Positions 9,245 through 17,501 of a stretch of 41,862 nucleotides of DNA are shown one piece after another. Both the position numbers and the translations under genes were made by a program. Every line of letters starts with the position of its first letter. Position 1 is the stretch's first letter. Source of the stretch: an uncultured virus (IMG/VR IMGVR_UViG_3300030333_006991) (taxonomy: Duplodnaviria > Heunggongvirae > Uroviricota > Caudoviricetes); IMG/VR virus record IMGVR_UViG_3300030333_006991. The stretch is one strand, 5' to 3'. Below the pieces are notes generated by a model. The model searched no databases. It was given only the letters and a program-made list of their open reading frames with translations, and was not told where the DNA came from.

Positions 9245-9262
9245 AAGCCTTCTTATAGTCAA
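9245..9262 (+). promoter_or_regulatory. Conserved element-specific promoter motif AAGCCTTCTTATAGTCAA
   Basis: Identical 18-mer at 23855-23872; TTATA begins 26 nt upstream of ATG 9279. Confidence 0.8.
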
Positions 9263-9278
9263 TCAACAGAATAGGTTT

Positions 9279-10070
9279 ATGACCTCTCCGTGGCTAACTG
9301 AATGGAACAAATTTACCCCTCAGGCTATCGAGGAAATCAAGAAACATAATGACGACACCCATCTTGAAAAGGAATGGATGAGTTATGTGTATGAAAAAAA
9401 CGGAAGATACTACATTGGTAAAGCAAGTATGGGTGAAGAATCTGCTATTTCCATTATTCCTGCGGAAAAAACTGCGGTGGATGCCGCTACCAAAGGTTTA
9501 ACACCAAAACAAAAAAAGTGGACTATACACGGACACCCTCTAAAAGATGGCGAAATCTATAATGGAAGACAGTATTTTTCTTCGGTTGATTTGATTGATG
9601 AATTTTTAGAAGTCCGTGATAGTGATAAAAATGGAGGTCGTAGTCGTATTGTTCAGTTTATTGTTTTCCCTCACGAACAGGAAGAAAATGGAGAAACTGT
9701 TCTACATAATCGTGTTAGAGTTTTGATATTCCCTGATTCAGCGACCATCGTGAAGGCTCTGAAACAGTCAAACCCTTCTATTGACCCCTACGAGGTTACA
9801 AGAGAAAACGGAATGAATAAATCGGATGAAAACGGGACTACGATGAACGATATGAATTTAGATTGGTTTAAGTTTCAAGAGGCTTTGGGCGATATGGGTT
9901 ATATGGGAATTGTAGATATTGAGGGTAAGGGTGGAGAACATCATCATCCTCTCAGTGCGGAATCCTTCTTCGATGGATTTAACGGTTTACAAAAGTATGG
10001 AATGCTCGCTATTGCTTTCGGTGTCGGATTCTACGCTTGGGGTGAATTGACTAAGCGAATGCGTTCATAG
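9279..10070 (+). CDS. JAB/MPN-like metalloprotein with C-terminal transmembrane anchor
   Basis: EKEWMS (Glu) ... WTIHGHP ... FSSVDL gives an E-xn-HxH-xn-SxxD JAMM-like motif; AESF precedes the TM segment YGMLAIAFGVGFYAW. Start moved to ATG 9279, downstream of the promoter motif. Confidence 0.6.
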   Translation: MTSPWLTEWNKFTPQAIEEIKKHNDDTHLEKEWMSYVYEKNGRYYIGKASMGEESAISIIPAEKTAVDAATKGLTPKQKKWTIHGHPLKDGEIYNGRQYFSSVDLIDEFLEVRDSDKNGGRSRIVQFIVFPHEQEENGETVLHNRVRVLIFPDSATIVKALKQSNPSIDPYEVTRENGMNKSDENGTTMNDMNLDWFKFQEALGDMGYMGIVDIEGKGGEHHHPLSAESFFDGFNGLQKYGMLAIAFGVGFYAWGELTKRMRS

Positions 10071-10672
10071 ATTTGAGGTATCGCTTGAATCAATTCTTCT
10101 ACTGATGCGTTTTTGAATGTGTAGTCCCATTCGTAAGAGTAATCATCAAGAGCAGTTTCCGATATTTCAAAACGGTTATTCCAATGATTTTCCCAATCGG
10201 AACCGTAAACCTCTTTTACTCGCTTTAGGCGTTCTTCTTCATCAACTTCAAGACGAATTGTTACCCATCCATCTTCTTTTAACCCATTGACTTCGTTTGG
10301 AAATCGCACATCGTCACAAATAGCACAACCAATCATGCTATCTCCATCTGTTTCGGCTAACTCGTCTTGAATCTCGGCATATTCGTTAGCCCGATGGATA
10401 AGTAATTTAACCCATACCATAGGGTCTATGTTTCGGAATTGTTGGCCGATTTGTTGTAGCAAAGGGCGGTCTTTGTAATCTTCAGGCATTCCAAAATAGC
10501 GATGAGCCACCTCTTTTACAGGGTCGGCTAATGAAAATCTTTGAGCCACTTGTAGAATATCTTGGTCAGCCCCACCTGAACAAACTTCTACATCGTGATA
10601 TTCTTGAATTAGGTCTAAAAGGGTTGTTTTTCCTGAACACATCTTCCCGCTAATGGCTATTTTGAGCGTCAT
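10031..10672 (-). CDS. Deoxynucleoside monophosphate kinase (phage-type)
   Basis: KIAISGKMCSGKTT P-loop, SLADPVK, RPLLQQIG, CDDVRFPNE, ISETALD; likely start ATG 10672. Confidence 0.88.
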   Translation of the reverse strand: MTLKIAISGKMCSGKTTLLDLIQEYHDVEVCSGGADQDILQVAQRFSLADPVKEVAHRYFGMPEDYKDRPLLQQIGQQFRNIDPMVWVKLLIHRANEYAEIQDELAETDGDSMIGCAICDDVRFPNEVNGLKEDGWVTIRLEVDEEERLKRVKEVYGSDWENHWNNRFEISETALDDYSYEWDYTFKNASVEELIQAIPQIYERIRLVNSPQA

Positions 10673-10710
10673 GGCACTATTCTGTGCCAATTTCCCTAAA
10701 AGGCTTGCGT

Positions 10711-10720
10711 TCTTATAGTC
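10711..10720 (+). promoter_or_regulatory. TCTTATAGTC promoter motif copy
   Basis: Upstream of ATG 10749, with a GGTGA SD-like sequence in between. Confidence 0.75.
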
Positions 10721-10748
10721 GTCCCGACACATTGTATTCGGTGATAGG

Positions 10749-12452
10749 ATGGATTACTTTTCTACATTCAACCGATTGGCGGAAAAGTCATTAGGTTTTA
10801 GCACTGAATCTTTCGCTTCACAAGGAGCAGGGATTCTCTTGACCATCAATCAAGGAGATTCGTGTCCTTCTAATTCTTCTCCTGTTGGCAGTAGTGGGAC
10901 TCGGTGTAGATGTGATGAAGGTTATCAAGTCAATGCAAATGGTGATGGTTGTGAGGCTATTCCACCACCTCCGCCCCCACCCACATACACATATTTTTGT
11001 AAGACATACAGTGCATCTGATTTAGATACATGGGTGATTGACGAATCTATGTGGGATAATCAAACTTCTCAGAATGTTCACAATGGGGCGGTGAGGGCTA
11101 CTGTGTTTGATTGTTACCATTGGACTCTCGATTCTTCAACGGCTTCAGACCTAAACACAGCGTTGAATAATTCAATTGCATCAAGTGGAGATATTGTGGG
11201 AGTGATTTTCTATGAAATCCCATATACCGAATGTGGAGGGACAAGCACTCATAAGACATGGTTACAGAGGAATATCCTTCTCAAGAGAGCGGCTGATGGG
11301 ACTTACACTCAATTCTCAGGTTCAAGCATAAATTACTTTCAACAAATGTTGATAGGGACTAATGATTCAAGATATGATTGGGCTACCATCCACTCATCGG
11401 GGAGATACTTGAGCAGCCTATATCCTGCTTTGCGTATTACAAATGCTCAAAGAAGTAGTATAATCAGTAGCATAGTTTCATACTACGATAGTGTTTTCGG
11501 CACACATGAAACTGATGTGGGAACCGATTACGATGACTGTTTCATGCTTAATCAGAGCCCTCCGAGATGGGTCACGGATGAGAGTGGAGGTAACAGAGGT
11601 ATCGAATGGAGGGAAGCAGCGCAAGAGTGTAAATGTGGGGCGATTGAGGCACTAAAAGTTTCCATAGTTTTTGAAGTATTACAAATAGGTAATCAGCCAA
11701 GCACATCAGGACGATTTACTGCTATCACAAATTGTTATCGTAATTGGTCAGACCACACTTCTGAAATCTCTCCTGATTCCAATGGCAATTATGATAAAGC
11801 CTCTCTCCTTAGTGAATTGGAAGATTTGAAAACACGAAGTCGAAATTATTTGGCTAATTGTGACCGAGAAAAGATACAAGACACTGAAGAGTTTAGAGAA
11901 AGGATGCGAGAAGAGAGTAGGTGTGATTTAGGTTATCAAAAGGGTAACGCTTCATGCCCCGAAAATTCTTACAAACAACTGAGTGGTGGTGGAGTTGCCT
12001 TCCTCAAAGGATGGGACACTCAATGTTGGCGTTGTGTATGCACCGAAGGATATGTTTCTTCTAATTATGAGCAAGATACCGATTCCTATATTGTTCCTTT
12101 AGACGGAGTATGCACTGAAAAATCTTGTATGGAAAATGCCTTTTATGATGCTTCCCTTGATTCATGTGTTTGTTTATCGGGCTACGAGAAAAATGAAGAT
12201 GGAACCTTGTGCAATCCTAAAAACTTAACACCGATAGATGGTGAATGCACAGAACATTCTACGCTTGGCGATGATGGCAATTGTTATTGTAATGCAGGGT
12301 ATATTGCTGACGGGGGTAAATGTGTTGCCACTTCTACCAATGGTGATGAAACATGGGATATTGAATCACACCTAAAAGAATATGGTATGTGGTATGGATT
12401 AGGTTTCTTAGGTTTCGTGGCCTTGAAAGCGTTTGGCGGGAAGGGTGAGTAG
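10749..12452 (+). CDS. Cys-rich (EGF-like repeat) tail-anchored surface/virion protein
   Basis: CPxNS...CxCxxGY repeats, poly-Pro linker, C-terminal TM YGMWYGLGFLGFVALKAF; leader MDYFS...STESF. Confidence 0.8.
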   Translation: MDYFSTFNRLAEKSLGFSTESFASQGAGILLTINQGDSCPSNSSPVGSSGTRCRCDEGYQVNANGDGCEAIPPPPPPPTYTYFCKTYSASDLDTWVIDESMWDNQTSQNVHNGAVRATVFDCYHWTLDSSTASDLNTALNNSIASSGDIVGVIFYEIPYTECGGTSTHKTWLQRNILLKRAADGTYTQFSGSSINYFQQMLIGTNDSRYDWATIHSSGRYLSSLYPALRITNAQRSSIISSIVSYYDSVFGTHETDVGTDYDDCFMLNQSPPRWVTDESGGNRGIEWREAAQECKCGAIEALKVSIVFEVLQIGNQPSTSGRFTAITNCYRNWSDHTSEISPDSNGNYDKASLLSELEDLKTRSRNYLANCDREKIQDTEEFRERMREESRCDLGYQKGNASCPENSYKQLSGGGVAFLKGWDTQCWRCVCTEGYVSSNYEQDTDSYIVPLDGVCTEKSCMENAFYDASLDSCVCLSGYEKNEDGTLCNPKNLTPIDGECTEHSTLGDDGNCYCNAGYIADGGKCVATSTNGDETWDIESHLKEYGMWYGLGFLGFVALKAFGGKGE

Positions 12453-13667
12453 ATGGATTACTTTTCTATTTTCGATAAAAACATGGCGGAAATGTTGGTT
12501 TCCCACCACGCATCTGAATCTTCCGCTCCTGACGAATGGGCGTGGGGGTGGAAACCTGCACGAAATAGATACAGCACGGATGCTCGCCCGCAAACATTGA
12601 GAGAATATTATGAAATGGATTACAGTAATCCGAACAACCCCTTCAGTAACTTTGTTAAAAGAGGAGAAAATAGTTGGCAAGACGATAATCAACTGAAATT
12701 AGAAGATGTATCAGGTGGGGGTGACGGCTCTATGCACATCCGCCCTAAAGAGAAATGGCAAGTCAAAATGAGAGTTACGACTGATAATGAAGAACCAATC
12801 GCCACATTAAGTGATGCGAGTGGAGTTACACTCTACGATGCAGCAGGTGACGCCAATTACCCTAACATCTTTTACACACAGGCTAATGATGAGTATGGGG
12901 AAACTGAAGGTGAAACATGGGTCATACTTGATGGAGAAGCAGGAGATTACATTTCGATTGATATAGATGGAGAAGAATCGGATATAGGAAATCTTGTTAT
13001 CAAGGCAGGAGGTCATAGGTTTTCCACTACTGAATATGGACTCATAGACAAGGCAGGATATGAGAATTGGGCTAAAGTTAAATTGATGGGAGTGTATTAC
13101 AAACCTTCTATTTTTGGCGCAACAGGTGTGATAAAGGAATACGGAAGTTATCAAATAATGCACGATGCAGAAGCCATGCGAATCTACGCTGTGAAAACCG
13201 ATACAGGTGATGAAGTCGTTTCTACCCTTTATGGAGATAGAAATACGGACGCTGACGCTCTCCTTGAATACACCGAAGGAGTCCTTGATAAGTTGGAAGG
13301 TTCGTTATCGAATCAGTATGATGAAGATGGTTGCCCTCCTAACAGTAGTTATGATGCTGAAAAGGAAGAGTGTGTTTGCCATGAAGGTTACATGACGGAT
13401 TTATTCGGTATGGAGTGCATAGACGCCTCCACTCTTAATCCTGAGGCAGAAGAAGAAGCGGGTTGCCCTTCTAATTCTTCTTTAGATTCTGATGGCTTTT
13501 GCCATTGTGATGATGGTTACACCTTTAGCAACGGAGTTTGTGTGTTGGATGAAAGAGAGAATAATGAGCCTACTGACTATATGGAAATTGTAGAGAAATA
13601 CGGTATGTATGCTGTTTTAGGTTTGGGAACCTTGTTAGTTGTATCATTTTTGAACCCGAAAAAGTAA
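12453..13667 (+). CDS. Cys-rich (EGF-like repeat) tail-anchored protein, paralog of 10749
   Basis: Same MDYFS leader, two CPxNSS..CxCxxGY repeats, TM YGMYAVLGLGTLLVVSFL. Confidence 0.8.
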   Translation: MDYFSIFDKNMAEMLVSHHASESSAPDEWAWGWKPARNRYSTDARPQTLREYYEMDYSNPNNPFSNFVKRGENSWQDDNQLKLEDVSGGGDGSMHIRPKEKWQVKMRVTTDNEEPIATLSDASGVTLYDAAGDANYPNIFYTQANDEYGETEGETWVILDGEAGDYISIDIDGEESDIGNLVIKAGGHRFSTTEYGLIDKAGYENWAKVKLMGVYYKPSIFGATGVIKEYGSYQIMHDAEAMRIYAVKTDTGDEVVSTLYGDRNTDADALLEYTEGVLDKLEGSLSNQYDEDGCPPNSSYDAEKEECVCHEGYMTDLFGMECIDASTLNPEAEEEAGCPSNSSLDSDGFCHCDDGYTFSNGVCVLDERENNEPTDYMEIVEKYGMYAVLGLGTLLVVSFLNPKK

Positions 13668-13674
13668 TACCAAA

Positions 13675-13686
13675 CCTCTTATAGTC
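13675..13686 (+). promoter_or_regulatory. CCTCTTATAGTC promoter motif copy
   Basis: Intergenic, upstream of ATG 13703/13712. Confidence 0.75.
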
Positions 13687-13702
13687 CTACTGACCCATAT
13701 TT

Positions 13703-14800
13703 ATGATTGCTATGTCTCTTTTGAACACATTACAATTTGAATCTCCTCTTTATCACACCTTCTCCGCAGGTGGTCAAGTGAGTTTAGACCCTGTAAAGAG
13801 TGGAGGTCCTATGGACTCTCTTGACCCTGCTGACCCTGCACCTGAGAAAGGAGATTCTTGTTGTTGTGAAGGAGAGCATGGATGTATTCTAAAATATATG
13901 TTGGCTAACAATGGAAAGACCCCGCCAAAATGTAGGTGTGGTTACTCACGAAATCCGCAAGAAAAAAGATGTGGTTGTGGAACAAAAGGTTGTCCTTGCG
14001 GAGGTGTTTCCGAAGGTTCCCTAAGTGGAGATTGCCCCTGCGGAGGAGAAGGTTGTCCTGAGGGAGAGCCTCCTTGTGATAAAAAGGATGATGGCGGAGA
14101 GTTTGATGATGGTAACACAGGAAATGGTGGAACCGAAGAAGAAGAGCCTGAATCCGAAGACGAAGAAGAAGAAGAATCTCTTCCTGAGGGAGATGAAGAT
14201 TCCGAATCTCTCGATTGTAACATCCAACAGTATGCGTGGGGTGAATGGAGTGACTGTGTTTCCGATGGTGGAAGTGGTGGAATACAGACAAGAGAAAAGG
14301 AAGTAACACATAATACGGACGATGTAAGATGCGCTCAAGAAGTGAATGAGTATGCTTCCTCTTTGGTAGACGCATGGAGGAGTGAAGGACGAGATATAGG
14401 TAGTGTGGGTTTTTGGCAACCCGATGAAATGTTCGCAAGTGGGAATAAATATTGGCAACGCATTTTTGAGCATAGACCTTGTGAGTTTGTTGAAGAGGAT
14501 GAAGGCGAGGAAGATGGAGAAGCAGATAATACTGAAGAAGCCGAAGTCCAAGAAAATGAAATTGATGATGGGCGAAATGGTATGGTTATTCAAACTTCAG
14601 GTTATGTAGAGCCGACCTGTCCTGAAAACAGTGTGTATGATGAGGATGAAAAGATATGCAAGTGTAAGTTAGGTTATTCTGCTAACGAAGGTTCAAGTGC
14701 GTGTGAACGAGATACTTTGGGATTCTTGCTTGAGGCTAAATGGTGGATTCTTGGAGGAGCCGCTCTTTTAGGGGCTTACGGATATAGCCAATCGAGGTGA
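13703..14800 (+). CDS. Cys-rich acidic tail-anchored protein with TSP1-like and EGF-like motifs
   Basis: Cys/Gly cluster, WGEWSDC...GGIQTRE (thrombospondin type 1-like), CPENS..CKCKLGY, TM KWWILGGAALLGAYGY. Confidence 0.78.
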   Translation: MIAMSLLNTLQFESPLYHTFSAGGQVSLDPVKSGGPMDSLDPADPAPEKGDSCCCEGEHGCILKYMLANNGKTPPKCRCGYSRNPQEKRCGCGTKGCPCGGVSEGSLSGDCPCGGEGCPEGEPPCDKKDDGGEFDDGNTGNGGTEEEEPESEDEEEEESLPEGDEDSESLDCNIQQYAWGEWSDCVSDGGSGGIQTREKEVTHNTDDVRCAQEVNEYASSLVDAWRSEGRDIGSVGFWQPDEMFASGNKYWQRIFEHRPCEFVEEDEGEEDGEADNTEEAEVQENEIDDGRNGMVIQTSGYVEPTCPENSVYDEDEKICKCKLGYSANEGSSACERDTLGFLLEAKWWILGGAALLGAYGYSQSR

Positions 14801-15663
14801 GTGCCTTGAGTTTGATGTCTCTTTCCCCTTTCGATTTCAATTCACCCTCTTTTAGAACCCATTCTTTTAGAAGTGGGTTTTTAGGTGAAAGTTTTTTCGC
14901 CACACAGGGGGCGACCCTTCGTGATAAATGTGATTTCGTTATCCGAGACAGACATAACCGAATCGTGAAGAATGCGAGATACTTTTTGGCTGCGGATGGT
15001 TCAGCGATTGACGATTATCAATTGTTTTTAGAAGGAGTCGGTGAATCTTCAAGAGGTTGTTACTATACAGAAGATTGGTCTGATGACGCTGTTATGTGGA
15101 AAGAAGGAGGGCGATTAGTAGTAGAAACTCCTGACGGTGTGCGATATGAACAGAATAGAGGAGAAACAAATCTTGCGTTTGAAGAACGGATAGATGGAGA
15201 AATCGCTATGGATTATAGCCGAATCCGCAAATACCTTCCCAATGAACCGTGTTCCCTCCCTAATTCACACAAAGTTTACCAATGTCGGTGTAATGGTTTA
15301 CAACAAGGTAGTGGTAATCAAGCCGCTTTGAGTGAAGACAGTAGTGGGTGTGAGTGTTCCGCAGGATATGAGCGATGCACCGATGCAGAGCCTATACAAG
15401 GCGAAGCCCCGTGTCTTACTCCTTCTCAGTGTTCCAAGATTACTTCGTGTAAAAACTTAGTTGCCAATGTCGCAAACATGGAATGGTCTACCGATAAAAT
15501 GGATTGTGATTGTAAAGATGGCTACTCCTTCGACAAAAACCTTAACGAGTGTGTAGACGAGCAAGGAGAGGTGGAGAATCCTCTATGGAAATTCGTAAAA
15601 GATAATTCCTATTTGTTGATTGGTGTGGGTGTAGTATTTGGATTAGGTTCTGCGTTGCGTTGA
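14797..15663 (+). CDS. Cys-rich tail-anchored protein
   Basis: GTG start overlapping the previous stop; Phe-rich leader ending GESFFATQGA; CECSAGY and CDCKDGY repeats; TM YLLIGVGVVFGLG. Confidence 0.78.
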   Translation: MSALSLMSLSPFDFNSPSFRTHSFRSGFLGESFFATQGATLRDKCDFVIRDRHNRIVKNARYFLAADGSAIDDYQLFLEGVGESSRGCYYTEDWSDDAVMWKEGGRLVVETPDGVRYEQNRGETNLAFEERIDGEIAMDYSRIRKYLPNEPCSLPNSHKVYQCRCNGLQQGSGNQAALSEDSSGCECSAGYERCTDAEPIQGEAPCLTPSQCSKITSCKNLVANVANMEWSTDKMDCDCKDGYSFDKNLNECVDEQGEVENPLWKFVKDNSYLLIGVGVVFGLGSALR

Positions 15664-15686
15664 TATAGTCGTGCTGATTCATAGAT

Positions 15687-16490
15687 TTGGTTACTATGTC
15701 GTGGATAGGTTCATCTCCATTGGATTATCGGGCTCTTGATTTCTCGTCTGAAAGTTGTGAAGATTATCCTCATGGTTGTGATGAAAATGGCGACCCTTGT
15801 GTGATAATAAAAACATTCCCCGAAGGCGAGGGAGGTTCAGATGTATGGGCGGTGGCTGACCAATGGGGAGATTGTTGTCTAATGATGGGTCGGACTATGG
15901 TGGTTGGCTCAAATGGAGAAGTAACTTGGGAAGGAGAGCATTGGACGACTAAAGAAGAAGCGATTGCAGCCTATGGTAGGTCGGCAGCGCATTATGTTGT
16001 TGAAGGTGTCGAAGCCGATTGCCATTATTTAGAGTGGTCGGATTGGAGTGAGTGGTCTGAATGGGAAGAAGAAGTAATCAATAACGCTACTCTATTGGTC
16101 CGATTTAGAACCCGTAAAAGAGAACAGGTAGGTCCGTATTGTGGAGGTGCGGCTTGTGAAGGTGAAGGGACTTTCGTAGGAGAAGCGGATGGTCGAGTAT
16201 TTGAAATCGAAGAGGAAAAGGAAACCAAACAGCCTGAGGTGAATCCAAGCACTTCGGGACAATCTTCGGCTCCTTCAGTTTGCACTGATGAAAACGCTAC
16301 TCTGAATGACGACACAGGAGAATGTGATTGTAACATCGGTTACACGATGAACGAAGAAACTCAAGTTTGTGACTTGAATCTTATTGGCAAAATGATAGAA
16401 AATAAGTGGGTTATCGGACTTGGTGTAATCGGGTTGTTTGCCGCTACGCAGATGAGTAAAGGTTCAGGAACCACTATCACACTTAGTTGA
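15687..16490 (+). CDS. Cys-rich tail-anchored protein with TSP1-like motif
   Basis: WSDWSEWSEW...RFRTRKR...CGGAACEG (TSP1-like), CDCNIGY, TM KWVIGLGVIGLFAA; likely start ATG 15696 after GATATAGTC. Confidence 0.78.
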   Translation: MVTMSWIGSSPLDYRALDFSSESCEDYPHGCDENGDPCVIIKTFPEGEGGSDVWAVADQWGDCCLMMGRTMVVGSNGEVTWEGEHWTTKEEAIAAYGRSAAHYVVEGVEADCHYLEWSDWSEWSEWEEEVINNATLLVRFRTRKREQVGPYCGGAACEGEGTFVGEADGRVFEIEEEKETKQPEVNPSTSGQSSAPSVCTDENATLNDDTGECDCNIGYTMNEETQVCDLNLIGKMIENKWVIGLGVIGLFAATQMSKGSGTTITLS

Positions 16491-17028
16491 AATTAGCGTG
16501 GTAATCTTTTGCCAACACACCTAACTTGCGATAGTATTTTGAAGTGTGCCATTTCCACGGTGTTTTTCGGTATTCATCTTTCATACGATAAGTAAACGGC
16601 TCGGATTCTTTATTCACTTCAACCATAGGGCTACTTGAAATACGAGTGGCTATTCTCATAGGTGTTAAATCAACTTTTTTGCTTTTCAGCCTTTCTCTGA
16701 TTTGGTCTGCACTAAGGAAATTCATCTCGGATGATAACACATACAAAGTAGTCCAAAGGTAGCGGTCTTTTCTAACTGCGAAGGCGCATTGTTGATTACA
16801 GAATATATTGGTTTCACTGTGTCGTCCTTTTAGAGTATCGAAATCCTTTTGGCAATAAGCACATTGTAATTTCAAAGTGGCTCGTTGTGTTTGAGCCTTC
16901 CCCATACAAGATTTGTTACAGTAGATATTCTGCCCTTCAGTTACTTCTTTCAAACCTCTTTTTTTCAAATCAATAGAGTTTCCACAGAATGTGCAAGGAG
17001 CCTCCATTGTATAAGAGCGTTGCGTCAT
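16483..17028 (-). CDS. Zn-finger (treble-clef/TRASH-like) repeat protein with a probable winged-helix C-terminus
   Basis: CTFC...YCNKSC and CAYC...FCNQQC repeats; LSADQIRERL...RIATRI. Confidence 0.65.
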   Translation of the reverse strand: MTQRSYTMEAPCTFCGNSIDLKKRGLKEVTEGQNIYCNKSCMGKAQTQRATLKLQCAYCQKDFDTLKGRHSETNIFCNQQCAFAVRKDRYLWTTLYVLSSEMNFLSADQIRERLKSKKVDLTPMRIATRISSSPMVEVNKESEPFTYRMKDEYRKTPWKWHTSKYYRKLGVLAKDYHANFN

Positions 17029-17477
17029 ACCTTAATATCTTGCCAATTAGCACATATATCCTCTATCGTTGTGATAAAGGTGTGCAAGGGGATTGCGTCT
17101 TCTTGTCTTACACACGGGTTGCCCGTTTTTGAATTGGAAAAACAGGAAATAGGACAAAACGACCATTTTTCTCCTTTTCCTCCTACTTTGCGGAAAGCGT
17201 AAACCGTTTCCACACCGAAATCCGTAAAAACATCTTGATAGGATTGTAATTGTTCTCGTTCTCTCTCGTTAGGATAAAAGGGGAAAGGTTCGTTTTTCGA
17301 TTTAACTTCAAAGCGGATTCCGCAGAACATTATCGGACTAACATCTAACGATTTGAACATCAACACATCCACACCATCGCTATGTGCGCCCCTGTGTCCG
17401 AACCACTCCGAGCCTAAAGCCTCTTTTAGAACCTTAATCAATTCTCGCTCGTAACGGGTTCTTCTGCGATTTCTCAT
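17025..17477 (-). CDS. hjc: Archaeal-type Holliday junction resolvase (Hjc-like PD-(D/E)XK)
   Basis: RYERELIKVL, GVDVL, FEVKSK, EREQL. Confidence 0.78.
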   Translation of the reverse strand: MRNRRRTRYERELIKVLKEALGSEWFGHRGAHSDGVDVLMFKSLDVSPIMFCGIRFEVKSKNEPFPFYPNEREREQLQSYQDVFTDFGVETVYAFRKVGGKGEKWSFCPISCFSNSKTGNPCVRQEDAIPLHTFITTIEDICANWQDIKV

Positions 17478-17501
17478 ACGCTTATTTTACACGGTTAGTA
17501 T

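Noticed and set aside
13905..14609. Several overlapping alternative-frame ORFs, and similar shadows elsewhere (e.g. 30515-30889, 32704-33078)
   Set aside because: By-products of low-complexity acidic or coiled-coil coding on the real strand; no start signals or motifs.
10749..16490. Eukaryotic contamination or diversity-generating retroelement explanation for the Cys-rich array
   Set aside because: The genes are intronless and operonic with archaeal SD and promoter motifs; no reverse transcriptase or near-identical template/variable repeat pair was seen.
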